Below are positions 17,203-26,302 of a DNA stretch of 44,217 bases, piece by piece. The notes beneath the pieces were generated by a model. That model was not told the origin of the DNA, made no database searches, and saw nothing but the letters and a program-made list of their open reading frames with translations. The stretch comes from an uncultured Chloroflexota bacterium (lineage in GTDB: Bacteria > Chloroflexota > UBA11872 > VXNJ01). The first letter of the stretch is position 1, and each line of letters starts with the position of its first letter. The position numbers and the translations under genes were made by a program. The stretch spans positions 9,849 through 54,065 of the forward strand of contig CAZVZW010000002.1 of NCBI GenBank assembly GCA_964631365.1, given 5' to 3'.

Positions 17203-18104
17203 CGCGATATCCAGCGCACGCCGGCCAGCAGCGCCGACAGTATCGCCACTACGACAAACACCAGCGATATTGCCAGCGCCGCACCAAGGGGCCAGTTGAG
17301 CCCGCCCCCGAACTGGAACGCAATCTGGTTACCGACCATCTGGTCTCCGGTTCCACCCACCATCGCCGGGGTCACCCACTCGGCGGCGGCGGCGATGAAA
17401 CTGAATGCGAACGCCGCGCTGACTCCCCGCATCGAAAGTGGCAGCACCACCTTCAACGCGGCGTGAATTTGACTGGAACCCAGATCGCGAGCCGCCTCGA
17501 TCAGGCGCGGAGAAATATTCTGCATGCTCGAGAAGATCGGAAGGACCCCCAGCGGAATGAGAAAATTCACCGATGTGATGACGATGGCGAACGGGCTGTT
17601 GAGAAAGAATCGGATCGGCTCGTCGACGACCCCCATGCCGATCAGGCTCTGGTTCAGGACGCCGGCGCGCCCCAGTATGTTGCGCCAGGCGTAGATCCGC
17701 ACCAGGTAGCCCCCGAACAGGCTGACCAGGACCAAAAAATACAGCAGCTGCCGGCGGCGCGGCATGACGTAGCTGATGATGTACGCGAACGGATAGCTGA
17801 CGAGCACCACGATGACCGAGATGATCGCCGCGATGCGCAGCGTACGGGCAAAAAACGCCCGCAGCGTGGAGCTGGTGATGACTTCCCAGTAGTTCTCGAG
17901 AGTCAGTTCGGGAACGAAATCGAAATTCCGGACCGAATAGAAGCTGAGCCCGATCAGAACCGTGATGGGCGCGACGAAAAAGACAAGAAAATAAAGAGAG
18001 GCGGGCGCCAGTTGGAGCCAGGCTCCAACCCGACGCCGCCTCCCTCGTAAGGGGCTCTTGCCGTCGGCCGCCTTCTCTGTGACGACCGCTCCGGTCGCGT
18101 GCAT
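17199..18104 (-). CDS. ABC transporter permease (PotB-like)
   Basis: 301 aa, six TM helices, EAA loop (LIEAARDLGSSQIHAALKVVLP). Confidence 0.85.
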   Translation of the reverse strand: MHATGAVVTEKAADGKSPLRGRRRRVGAWLQLAPASLYFLVFFVAPITVLIGLSFYSVRNFDFVPELTLENYWEVITSSTLRAFFARTLRIAAIISVIVVLVSYPFAYIISYVMPRRRQLLYFLVLVSLFGGYLVRIYAWRNILGRAGVLNQSLIGMGVVDEPIRFFLNSPFAIVITSVNFLIPLGVLPIFSSMQNISPRLIEAARDLGSSQIHAALKVVLPLSMRGVSAAFAFSFIAAAAEWVTPAMVGGTGDQMVGNQIAFQFGGGLNWPLGAALAISLVFVVVAILSALLAGVRWISR

Positions 18105-18124
18105 TCCGGTCGCCGACTAGGCTG

Positions 18125-19441
18125 CTATCCGGCCTTAATCGCCTGCCAGGCGTCCAGCCAGTCCTGGTATGACGTGTAGCCTTCTCCCGGATCTTCCGGA
18201 GGCGTGGCGTTCTTGAACATCGCTCCGGTGTCGGTGCCCAGGACTATCGAGTAGTCGTAGATCTGGGCACCGAGCTCGATCATGCCGATCGATTTCCGGT
18301 TGACCGTAGCCGAGATCAAATTCGTCGCCACCTGCGCCTGCACGTCCGGCGACAGCATCATGTCGATGTACTCGTACGCACAGTCCACGTCGTCGGCCGT
18401 GACGGGGATGGCCAGCCCATCCCACCAACCGCCGGCCGACTCCTGGAAGAAGCCGAAATCGAGCTTGACGCCCTTCTCGGCGGCCCAGGTGAGCATCGCT
18501 TCCCAACCGCCCATGGCCAGATCGATGTCGCCGGCGACAAGGCGGTCGGTGGCGTCCTGGTAGCCGGTGTTGAACGCCGACGCGTTCCCCACTATCACCG
18601 CGGCCTGCTCAACAATGACGTCCAATTGCTCAGGCGTGATGAGCGGTGCGTCTGGGGTCGCTACGTCGATGTACCCATCGGCGATACCAAGAAGGAAGTA
18701 GACCAGCGCGGGCGCGTCGAACAACACGAACCGGTCCTTCCATTCGGGTTCCATCATGTCGAGTATCGATGTTGGAGGGCTTTCAACCCGGGCCGGGTGG
18801 TAGACGTAGGGCCCGTCGCCCCAGGCGATCGGCGCGCCGTAAACGGTGCCGTCCGGGCCACGCAGGGATGAATTCTCCCGCAGGCCGGGCACCATGTCGT
18901 TCCAGTTCGACAGCCGGCTCGTGTCCAGGGGCTGGAGGATCCCGGACGCGATCATGCGCTGGGACCAGTGATACGGGATCGTCACCAGGTCGTATACATT
19001 GCCGACCTTGATCGAGGCGATCAATTCTGACCAGTTACCCGGCCAGGAGCCTTCCAGCGCCGTGTTCAGACCCTCACGCCAGGCGGCCAGTTCGACGTCA
19101 CCTTCTTCACCCGCAAGACCGATGAAGCTCAGCGTCGCGTCCTGGCAGGCCGACACCGTCGGCGGCGGAGTCACCAGTTTCTCTACCTCGACGATCTTCT
19201 CGACCTCCACCACCTTCTCCACCTCGACCACCGTCTCGACCTCAACGGTCTTCGTCGCACCGGGAACCTCCACCTCGACCACCCTGGTCTCGCCGGGAAC
19301 CTCCACCTCTTTTATGACCTCAACCGGAACTTCTTTGATAACTTCGCGAATCTCCGTGTCGCCACAAGCCGCCAGCGCCGCCATTCCTACCGTGCCGACG
19401 CCGATGCCTCGCAACAGCCCTCGTCTGGTCAGGTGCTCCAC
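18125..19441 (-). CDS. TAT-signal lipoprotein, extracellular solute-binding protein (family 1, PotD/PotF-like)
   Basis: GTG start. Signal peptide MEHLTRRGLLRGIGVGTVGMAALAAC carries a twin-Arg and the lipobox LAAC. An EV-rich linker follows, then a periplasmic binding fold. Confidence 0.85.
   Translation of the reverse strand: MEHLTRRGLLRGIGVGTVGMAALAACGDTEIREVIKEVPVEVIKEVEVPGETRVVEVEVPGATKTVEVETVVEVEKVVEVEKIVEVEKLVTPPPTVSACQDATLSFIGLAGEEGDVELAAWREGLNTALEGSWPGNWSELIASIKVGNVYDLVTIPYHWSQRMIASGILQPLDTSRLSNWNDMVPGLRENSSLRGPDGTVYGAPIAWGDGPYVYHPARVESPPTSILDMMEPEWKDRFVLFDAPALVYFLLGIADGYIDVATPDAPLITPEQLDVIVEQAAVIVGNASAFNTGYQDATDRLVAGDIDLAMGGWEAMLTWAAEKGVKLDFGFFQESAGGWWDGLAIPVTADDVDCAYEYIDMMLSPDVQAQVATNLISATVNRKSIGMIELGAQIYDYSIVLGTDTGAMFKNATPPEDPGEGYTSYQDWLDAWQAIKAG
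19154..19360 (-). repeat. low-complexity Glu/Val/Lys-rich tether encoded by degenerate short tandem units
   Basis: Residues 28-96 of the SBP read DTEIREVIKEVPVEVIKEVEVPGETRVVEVEVPGATKTVEVETVVEVEKVVEVEKIVEVEKLVTPPPTV. The DNA shows repeated ctcgacctccaccac-type units. Confidence 0.7.
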
Positions 19442-19543
19442 AATATCCCTCCATGGGTTGCTGAATTCACTCTCGCAACGGTGAGCGCAAGCTATGCCCT
19501 CAACCGTGACCCCCTTGTCTCCGGCCGGTGCCCCCCTTCTAAT

Positions 19544-19562
19544 CGTTGCGCAGAACGCAACG
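19544..19562. promoter_or_regulatory. candidate IclR operator, perfect palindrome CGTTGCG-N5-CGCAACG (site 1)
   Basis: cgttgcgcagaacgcaacg lies in the divergent region, 103 nt upstream of the SBP start and 129 nt upstream of iclR. Extra half-sites occur nearby: gcaacg near 19477 and cgttgc near 19612. Confidence 0.45.
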
Positions 19563-19690
19563 CCGGTGCACTCTGATGCTATTCTGGCCCCCCCGGATAG
19601 CCTCAGTCAAACCGTTGCATCACTTGGGTTAGGCTGTCCCGCCCGCCCGCACATCCACTAGGGGGCATCTATTATGCCCAGCAGGAGCCA

Positions 19691-20515
19691 GTGCCCGCCG
19701 GACCGACTGGTGCCGATTTCGGCAAAGGAACACAGAATTTGGCGAATCTACAATCTGCCGCCCGGGTAGTCCATGCCTTGGAGTTCCTTGCCCGGGTCGA
19801 GGGCGCCGGCCTTGACGAGGTCGCCACCGAGCTCGGCGTCCACAAATCAAACGCCCTCCGTCTCCTCGCCACCCTGCGCGATTTCGACTGGGTTACCCTC
19901 GACCGCACCCGGTCCCGGTACTCCCTCGGCCCCCGGCTCGTCACCATTGGGCAGGCCGCCACCTCCGGGCAGCAGTTCGAACAGGCGATTGGCCTCGCCC
20001 GGGAGGTGCGCGACCTCACCGGTGAAACCGCTCATATCTGCGTGCCCTACGGCGACCGCATGCTGGTCGTCGGCCGGGTCGACAGCACCACGCCCCTAAA
20101 AGTAACCACCGACGTCGGTTGGGAAGACCACCTGCACGCCTCCGCCGTCGGCAAAGTCTTCCTTGCCACCCTGTCCGACGGCGAACTCGAACTCGTGCTC
20201 AACCGGCTCGACCTGGCGAAGCTCACCCCTTCCAGCATCGATTCCCGGGACGCCCTCCTCGAAGACATCCGGCTGATCCGCGAGCGCGGCTACGCCATCA
20301 ACCAGGAAGAGCAACAATCGGGAACCACCGCCATCGGCGTCGCCCTCGGATTCGGAGTCGGACCGCTCTCCATCATCTCGCTATCCGCCAGCGGCCCCGC
20401 CAATCGTTTCTCCCCCGCCGTAATGGAGGGTTTCGCCCCGGCGATTCTGGAGATCGTCCGCCCGTATCAGGCGCTGGACGGCCTGCCTGGGTTGGCCGAC
20501 GGCGAAAACGCGTAA
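19691..20515 (+). CDS. IclR family transcriptional regulator
   Basis: 274 aa. N-terminal winged HTH (AARVVHALEFLARVEGAGLDEVATELGVHKSNALRLLATL) and a C-terminal IclR effector domain. The 3' end overlaps the convergent enolase gene by 49 nt. Confidence 0.85.
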   Translation: MPAGPTGADFGKGTQNLANLQSAARVVHALEFLARVEGAGLDEVATELGVHKSNALRLLATLRDFDWVTLDRTRSRYSLGPRLVTIGQAATSGQQFEQAIGLAREVRDLTGETAHICVPYGDRMLVVGRVDSTTPLKVTTDVGWEDHLHASAVGKVFLATLSDGELELVLNRLDLAKLTPSSIDSRDALLEDIRLIRERGYAINQEEQQSGTTAIGVALGFGVGPLSIISLSASGPANRFSPAVMEGFAPAILEIVRPYQALDGLPGLADGENA

Positions 20516-21612
20516 CGCGCCAGCGCCTCCCGATCCAGCTCGATCCCCAGCCCCGGTCCGGCCGGCAATCTCGCCCCGGTCCAACCGACGAAGCTTGCAT
20601 CGGCGACCAGCGTCGACTCGAAATACAGCGGTCCGATCAAATCCGCCGGCATCGCCGTGCTCAGGCGCGGGCACACCGCCGCGACCTGGGCCAGCGCCGC
20701 CGCCCCGATCCCCAGCTCCAGGTTCGACCCGAACGTCACTTCGAGCCCCAAGTCCAGCGCCGTCCGCGCCATCCGCAAGCAGCGCCGCAGCCCGCCGCAC
20801 TTCCCCGGATAGACGCTAACGGTATCGAACGACCCCGCCCGCCAGGCCGCCGCCACATCCTCCAGCGTCCAGATCGACTCATCCCCCACGATCGCCGCCG
20901 CCGTCATCTCGCGCAGTCCCGCCGATTCCGAATCCGCTCCCCTGGGCAATGGTTGTTCAAAGGCCGCCACCCCCAGCTTCGTCAGGGCCGCCACCCCGAC
21001 CTTCGCGTCCTCCTCGCGCCAGCCCTCGTTGGCATCCACCGTCAACTGCATCGCCTCGCCAACCTCGCGTCGAACGGCTGCGACCCGTTCAATGTCCTCG
21101 CCCACATCCAGGCCGACCTTCACCTTCAGTGTCGACGGGCCCAGGCCCGCGGCGTCGCGCGCCATTTCCATCACCAAATCCGTCGCCCGCGCCGGCAGCA
21201 CCAGTTTCGTTGGAATTCGCTCCCGGACCGGCCCGCCCAGCAGATCGGCCACCGAAGCCCCCAGCCGTTTCCCGGTCAGGTCCAGGCACGCCATCTCGAT
21301 CGCCGCTCGCAGAAACGGCCGGCCCTCTAGCAATGGGTCGATCGCGGCTGCCAGCCGGTTCCAGTTCGCCGGGTCCGTCCCCACCAACCGGCTGCCAACG
21401 TCGCCCTCCAGCAACTCCGTCGAGCCGGCCGCGTCCTCACCGCTCCAGGTCGGCGAGCAGGTCACCTCCGCCAGCCCCACCGCCCCATTGTCCGTGCCCA
21501 ACTCAAGGATCACATACTCACTGGCGGTGACCTCGCCGTGGGCCGTCCGCGGAAGGAACCGGGTCAGCCGCGGCACCCGCACCGGCGTCGCCCGGACGGT
21601 GGTGATCTTCAT
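20467..21612 (-). CDS. enolase-superfamily enzyme (mandelate racemase/muconate lactonizing family), paralog 2
   Basis: 381 aa starting from MKITTVRATPV. Motifs: KxK (LKVKVG), metal ligands VDANEGW / FEQP / GDES, then SVYPGKCGG. The upstream 71 codons of the track ORF are not coding. Confidence 0.85.
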   Translation of the reverse strand: MKITTVRATPVRVPRLTRFLPRTAHGEVTASEYVILELGTDNGAVGLAEVTCSPTWSGEDAAGSTELLEGDVGSRLVGTDPANWNRLAAAIDPLLEGRPFLRAAIEMACLDLTGKRLGASVADLLGGPVRERIPTKLVLPARATDLVMEMARDAAGLGPSTLKVKVGLDVGEDIERVAAVRREVGEAMQLTVDANEGWREEDAKVGVAALTKLGVAAFEQPLPRGADSESAGLREMTAAAIVGDESIWTLEDVAAAWRAGSFDTVSVYPGKCGGLRRCLRMARTALDLGLEVTFGSNLELGIGAAALAQVAAVCPRLSTAMPADLIGPLYFESTLVADASFVGWTGARLPAGPGLGIELDREALARYAFSPSANPGRPSSA

Positions 21613-21661
21613 CGGCTTTGCCCCGCCTTCAGCCGGCCGTTCGGAGCCGGCCGCCGTGCCG

Positions 21662-22783
21662 TCATTGCCCGTCGCGATGCCGTTCGATCGCCGCCTGGTC
21701 CAGCTCCACGCCGAGCCCCGGTCCGGTGGTCGGCCCCACATAGCCCGCCTCCACCGGCAACTCCCCCTTGACCACGTCGTCCAGGTAGTAGAACCGCGAG
21801 ATGATGTCGCAGGGCACGATGTCATCCGCCAGGCCCGGCACCGACAGCGCCAGCTGGATGTGGGCCGACGTCGCGATGCCGAGTTCCAGGTTGCTGCCGA
21901 TCATCCAGCCCAGTCCTGCCGCGTGCGCCATCGAGGCGATCGCCCGCGCTGGCGCCAGTCCCCCCGACATGCCCACGTAGACCGACAGGATGTCCGCCGC
22001 CCCGGCGCGAATGATCGCCGCCGCCTCGGCCGGCGTCCCGTTGGACTCATCCGCTACCAGGGGCACCGGCAGTCCCCGGCGCAGCTCCGCCATCCCTTCC
22101 AGGTCCGCCGCCGTCAGTGGCTGCTCCAGGAACGCCATCCCCAGGTCCAGCAGCGGCGGGATCGCCCGGTTCACCTGGTCCCGCGTCCACCCGCCATTCG
22201 CATCTACCCCCACCGTCACCTCGTCACCCACCGCCTCCCGCACCGTTGCGAACCGCGCCAGGTCCGCCTCGTGCCCGCCCACCGCCAGCTTCACCTTCAT
22301 CGTCGTGAACCCCTGGTCCTTCGCCCATCCCGCCGCCGTAGCCGACCGTTCCAGCGTCGCCCCGGTCACCGAGAATTTCGTCCGCGCGCGGGGCCGCACC
22401 GGCCCGCCGAACAGTTCGTGCACCGGCATGTCGTGCACCTTGCCCACCAGGTCCCACAGGGCCATCTCCACCCCGGCCTTGGTGAAGTAGTGTCCCGCCA
22501 CCGCCCCGTTCAGCACCTCCGACACCGCCAGGACCCTGGTCGGGTCCAGCCCCGTCAACGCCGGCGCTAGGTAGCTATCCACGATGTGCGCCGCCGTACT
22601 CCCGTCCTCGCCGCTCCACAGATGCGTCCCCGACACCTCCCCCAACCCCACCAGGCCCTCATCCGTGTTCACCACCACGATCCCAAACGGCGACCTCGCG
22701 TGGGTACCGCGGGCGCTGGTAATCACTCGCGCCGGGTCCATCGGGACTATCACCGGGATGACTTCGATGGAGGTGATCTTCAT
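21662..22783 (-). CDS. enolase-superfamily enzyme (mandelate racemase/muconate lactonizing family), paralog 1
   Basis: 373 aa starting from MKITSIEVIPV, with AAAGGAAAG as RBS. Motifs: KxK (MKVKLA), VDANGGW / LEQP / ADES, then SVYVGMSGG. Confidence 0.85.
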   Translation of the reverse strand: MKITSIEVIPVIVPMDPARVITSARGTHARSPFGIVVVNTDEGLVGLGEVSGTHLWSGEDGSTAAHIVDSYLAPALTGLDPTRVLAVSEVLNGAVAGHYFTKAGVEMALWDLVGKVHDMPVHELFGGPVRPRARTKFSVTGATLERSATAAGWAKDQGFTTMKVKLAVGGHEADLARFATVREAVGDEVTVGVDANGGWTRDQVNRAIPPLLDLGMAFLEQPLTAADLEGMAELRRGLPVPLVADESNGTPAEAAAIIRAGAADILSVYVGMSGGLAPARAIASMAHAAGLGWMIGSNLELGIATSAHIQLALSVPGLADDIVPCDIISRFYYLDDVVKGELPVEAGYVGPTTGPGLGVELDQAAIERHRDGQ

Positions 22784-22797
22784 GGCTTTCCTTTGCC

Positions 22798-23637
22798 TCA
22801 ATCCAGGCCCAGCAGGGTCACGCTGTCACGTTCGATGATTCCCTCGATTACCTCCGCCGGAATCGGCGGCATCCCCGTTCCCGCGACGACCGCGTTGACA
22901 TTGCGCAGCGCGTCGATACTCTGTTCGAGGGTTGAAAACGGGTAGTCCGAGCCCAGCAAGATTTTGTCCGTCACCCGGTATTCGACTGCCGCGTTCAGCG
23001 CCAGGTAGAACTGCATCGGCCGCGTGTGCAGCGCCGATACGTCGCTGTACATCCGCGGATGCTTGCGGATGACCGCCATGTTCTCCTCGCACCAGGGGTG
23101 TCCCAGGTGCGCCAGGCAGATCGCCAGCCCCGGAAACGCGATGCCCACCTCGTCCATCAGCCAGGGTCGCGCGTGGCGCAGTGGCGACTTCTGCACAAAC
23201 GTTGTCGCCATGTGCGTCAGCACCGGTATCCCCAGCCGTTCGGCCTCCCCGTACAGCGCCATCGCCCCCGGCCCCACCGGATTCGCATCCTGGTAGATCG
23301 GCGCTAGCTTCAGGCCGCGCAGCGGCAGCGTCTCCACCGCATGCCGGAGCCGCTCCACGCCATCCGCACGATTCGGATCCACGCTTGCGAACCCGATCAG
23401 CTTCTCCGGGTGCTGGGCGACGTAGTTGGCCACGTATTCATTGGGCACCTCGAAACCGGCCGCCGGCGCGTCGAACGCCACCACGATCGCCCGTTCCGCC
23501 CCCCGGACCGCCTCCCAGTGATCCTCCAGCGTGCGCCCTTCCCAGCGCACCTCGCCCCAGGCCTTCGCCAGGTCTGCCGCGAACTGGCCCGAGTAGTGCT
23601 CCGCCGCGCCCACGTGGGTGTGGCAATCAATCGGCAT
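22798..23637 (-). CDS. amidohydrolase_2 family metal-dependent hydrolase, paralog of 13416-14324
   Basis: 279 aa starting from MPIDCHTHVG, with GGAGG as RBS. AHLGHPW and LGSDYP motifs. Collinear similarity to the other copy (for example YVAQHPEKLIGFASVDP against YVAEHPEKLVGWAAVDP). Confidence 0.8.
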   Translation of the reverse strand: MPIDCHTHVGAAEHYSGQFAADLAKAWGEVRWEGRTLEDHWEAVRGAERAIVVAFDAPAAGFEVPNEYVANYVAQHPEKLIGFASVDPNRADGVERLRHAVETLPLRGLKLAPIYQDANPVGPGAMALYGEAERLGIPVLTHMATTFVQKSPLRHARPWLMDEVGIAFPGLAICLAHLGHPWCEENMAVIRKHPRMYSDVSALHTRPMQFYLALNAAVEYRVTDKILLGSDYPFSTLEQSIDALRNVNAVVAGTGMPPIPAEVIEGIIERDSVTLLGLD

Positions 23638-23667
23638 CGGCAACCTCCTGCCGGCGTGCAATCGCGG

Positions 23668-24837
23668 TTAGCTCATCCCCGCCGCCAGCGCCAAGCTGAT
23701 CCGCGCCGATGCCACCAGTTCCTCGATCTCCACAAACTGATCCGGCGCGTCGTGCCACTGGCCAATGCCGTAGACCACCGTCTCCAGCCCCGCTCGCGCA
23801 AGGTCTGCCGCGTCCGTGATGAACGCCTGCCCCGGGAGCTCGTTGGTCACCCGCGGCGCGCAGCCCAGCGCCTCCGTGTGCGCCTCCGAAATCGAATCGA
23901 TCAGCTTGCCCTCAGTCGCGCCCATGAACGGATTCTGCACCGCCGTGATCATGACCCGGCGCTCGATGTTGTCCGGGCACACCCGGTCCACCGTCTCCTT
24001 GATGCGGGCCTTCACGTTGTAGCGATCCATGCCCGGTACGTACCGCAGGTCGCCGCGCACGAACGCCTCATCGGCCACCGATCCGGGCGCGAATCCGCCC
24101 TGTATTTGGCCTTTCACGAGACGCGGCAAGTCCGGCAGCCGGTCGGACGGTTCGTAATCGAACGTCTCGACATTTATCGCGTTGTATACATCCACCGCCG
24201 CCGCCAGCGCGTCCGCCGCCAGTTCCTGCCGGGATATGTGGGCTGTCTCGCCGCGCAGGCGTACTTCCCACTTCAGCGCCCCACCGTTGCCGGTGTGAAT
24301 CGCCATCCCCGACGGCTCCCCACAGATCGCATAGCCCTCGTTCGGACCCTCACTCGCCAGTACGTACTTCGTCCCCAACCCGATCGTGTCGTGATGTATC
24401 ACCGCCTGCAAGATCAGATCCCCCGGCAGCGGCCCCATCGTCGGCGCCACCTCCACCGCCGCCACCATCGCCGCCACCGCCCCCAGCATGTCGGTGATGC
24501 CGAATCCGTACACCCGCTCGTTTTCGATCCAGGGGTCCAGCGGGTCGTGGCTCCACGGCCCCGGGTGAGCGTGGGCGTCCATGTGGCCGTTCAGAACCAG
24601 CGGCGGTCGCTCGCCGGTCCCTTTCACCCGGGCGATTACGTTCGGCCGTCCCGGCACCAGCTCCATCAGGTGCAACTCGATCCCGGGTCGATCCAACGCC
24701 TCCGCCACGATCTCCGCCACCGCCCCTTCTTTGCCGTCCGGCGTCGGCGCCCCACAGATCATCCGCGTTAGTTCCACCACTCGATCTTCCTTCACCGCCT
24801 CCGTCGCCGCCTTCAGCGCTCCCGCTACGTCACTCAT
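23668..24837 (-). CDS. M20 family metallo-amidohydrolase (ArgE/DapE/aminoacylase-like)
   Basis: 389 aa starting from MSDVAGALK; the track start 24867 is also possible. LVLNGHMDAH, GFGITDMLG and CGEPS motifs plus a central dimerisation domain. Confidence 0.8.
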   Translation of the reverse strand: MSDVAGALKAATEAVKEDRVVELTRMICGAPTPDGKEGAVAEIVAEALDRPGIELHLMELVPGRPNVIARVKGTGERPPLVLNGHMDAHAHPGPWSHDPLDPWIENERVYGFGITDMLGAVAAMVAAVEVAPTMGPLPGDLILQAVIHHDTIGLGTKYVLASEGPNEGYAICGEPSGMAIHTGNGGALKWEVRLRGETAHISRQELAADALAAAVDVYNAINVETFDYEPSDRLPDLPRLVKGQIQGGFAPGSVADEAFVRGDLRYVPGMDRYNVKARIKETVDRVCPDNIERRVMITAVQNPFMGATEGKLIDSISEAHTEALGCAPRVTNELPGQAFITDAADLARAGLETVVYGIGQWHDAPDQFVEIEELVASARISLALAAGMS

Positions 24838-25090
24838 GATTCCGAATTCGCTCCTGCTACCGGGCATCGCTGCCCATTGCCTGACCCGGGTGACGCGACC
24901 CTCGCGTCATCCCTCTTTCCTGTACCGGCCGATCGTTGCGCGGGCTCTGCCGTCGGGTTCGCCGCCCCGGCCGACGCTCCCGCACAATAACCGTCGAGCC
25001 TGTCCCGGCCGCGGTCCATCCGGTCCTCATTTCGCCGGCTCCGAACCCGCCCTGAAATCCCGCTTGGCCGTCATTGCGGGCAGTCTTGCG

Positions 25091-25109
25091 CGTTGCGCCC
25101 TTCGCAACT
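25091..25109. promoter_or_regulatory. candidate IclR operator, CGTTGCG-N5-CGCAACt (site 2)
   Basis: cgttgcgcccttcgcaact lies in the divergent region between the M20 operon (start 24837) and the Gfo/Idh/MocA operon (start 25239). Confidence 0.4.
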
Positions 25110-25238
25110 ATGATGCGCAGACGAGGGCAATTCTCCCGACCCGGCAAGGCGATGTCAAACCACCCCGGCACCCGCCCGGCAGCCCACGGGCCGCCCCCGC
25201 AGCAGCGTGAAACGGCCGGGGGCAGGGGGCCGCTCACC

Positions 25239-26264
25239 GTGAACCCGGTACGCTGCGCCGTCGTCGGGCTCGGCATGATCGGCAGTGTCCACGCCGCGGT
25301 GCTCCATGAGCATCCCCTCGCCGACCTGGTGGCCGCCTGCGACCTGGACCCTGCCACCCGCTCCGCCGTTCCGCCGGGTGTGCCCCTCATAGATAGTCCC
25401 GAGCGCCTCTTCGACGAGTACAAACTCGAAGCCGTCTTCATCTGCACCCCGCAGGCCCATCACCGAGAGGTCGTCGAAGTCGCCCTGCGCCGTGGGCTCG
25501 CGGTGTTCTGCGAAAAACCGATAGCCCACGACCTGGAAGACGCCGACGCCATCATCGCCGCCGCCGATCGCGGCCCCGGCCGCCTGGTGATCGGCCACAC
25601 CCTGCGCTTCGATCCCGCCTACGTCCAACTTGCGGCCGCCATCGCCGCCGGCGACATCGGCGAGGTCGTTTCCATCGCCGCCCGCCGCAACGTCCCTTCC
25701 TTCGAAGGTCGCGTCATCGCCGGCCGCACCACCCTGGCGACCGAAATTGCCGTACACGATCTCGATGTCGCCCGTTGGATAGCCGGCGACATCGTCCGCG
25801 TCCACGCTGAGCAATCCCGGCGCGGCGTCGTCGGCGAGGGCTTCGCCGACGCCATCGTAGCCACCATCCGCTTCGCCGGTGGCGCGGTCGGCGTCATGGA
25901 TTTCAACTGGACCATGAGCGCCGAAAGCGGCGTCAGTTCGGACCATCGATTCGCCGCCTTCGGTTCCGACGGCTCCGCCTACGCCGATTCACGTACCCCG
26001 TCGGTCGCAATCTTCAGCACCACCGCCACCTCGTTCATCCGCACCGATTGGCTCGCCGAGCTATACGGCGTCTACGCTGGAGTCCTGCGCACCGAGGACG
26101 AATACGTCTTGCGAACCATCCGCGAAAATCTCGAATGGCCCATCAGCCTCGGCGACGCGCGCGCCGCGCTCGACGCCGCGCTCGCCCTCGATTGTTCCCT
26201 CGCCACCGGCGAGCCTGTCACCGTCAGCACTCCGCCCGATCCCGTCCCGGCCGTTGCCAACTAG
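25239..26264 (+). CDS. Gfo/Idh/MocA family NAD(P)-dependent oxidoreductase, paralog 1
   Basis: The GTG start was chosen because VNPVRCAVVGLGMIGSVHAAVL aligns with the N-terminus of paralog 2 (MEPVNVALFGIGMIGREHARIL). Rossmann GxGxxG and the FCEKPIA (EKP) motif are present. Confidence 0.8.
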   Translation: MNPVRCAVVGLGMIGSVHAAVLHEHPLADLVAACDLDPATRSAVPPGVPLIDSPERLFDEYKLEAVFICTPQAHHREVVEVALRRGLAVFCEKPIAHDLEDADAIIAAADRGPGRLVIGHTLRFDPAYVQLAAAIAAGDIGEVVSIAARRNVPSFEGRVIAGRTTLATEIAVHDLDVARWIAGDIVRVHAEQSRRGVVGEGFADAIVATIRFAGGAVGVMDFNWTMSAESGVSSDHRFAAFGSDGSAYADSRTPSVAIFSTTATSFIRTDWLAELYGVYAGVLRTEDEYVLRTIRENLEWPISLGDARAALDAALALDCSLATGEPVTVSTPPDPVPAVAN

Positions 26265-26302
26265 AGGAGAGAACACTGGAATATTCCGTTCAAGTTCTGA
26301 GC

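Noticed and set aside
20467-20515. 49-nt convergent overlap of the iclR and enolase-paralog 3' ends, considered as possible antisense regulation.
   Set aside because: The C-terminal tails of both ORFs (..LPGLADGENA, ..PSANPGRPSSA) look like unconserved extensions. The overlap is more likely a late-stop effect in GC-rich DNA than a designed feature. It cannot be evaluated without homolog alignments.
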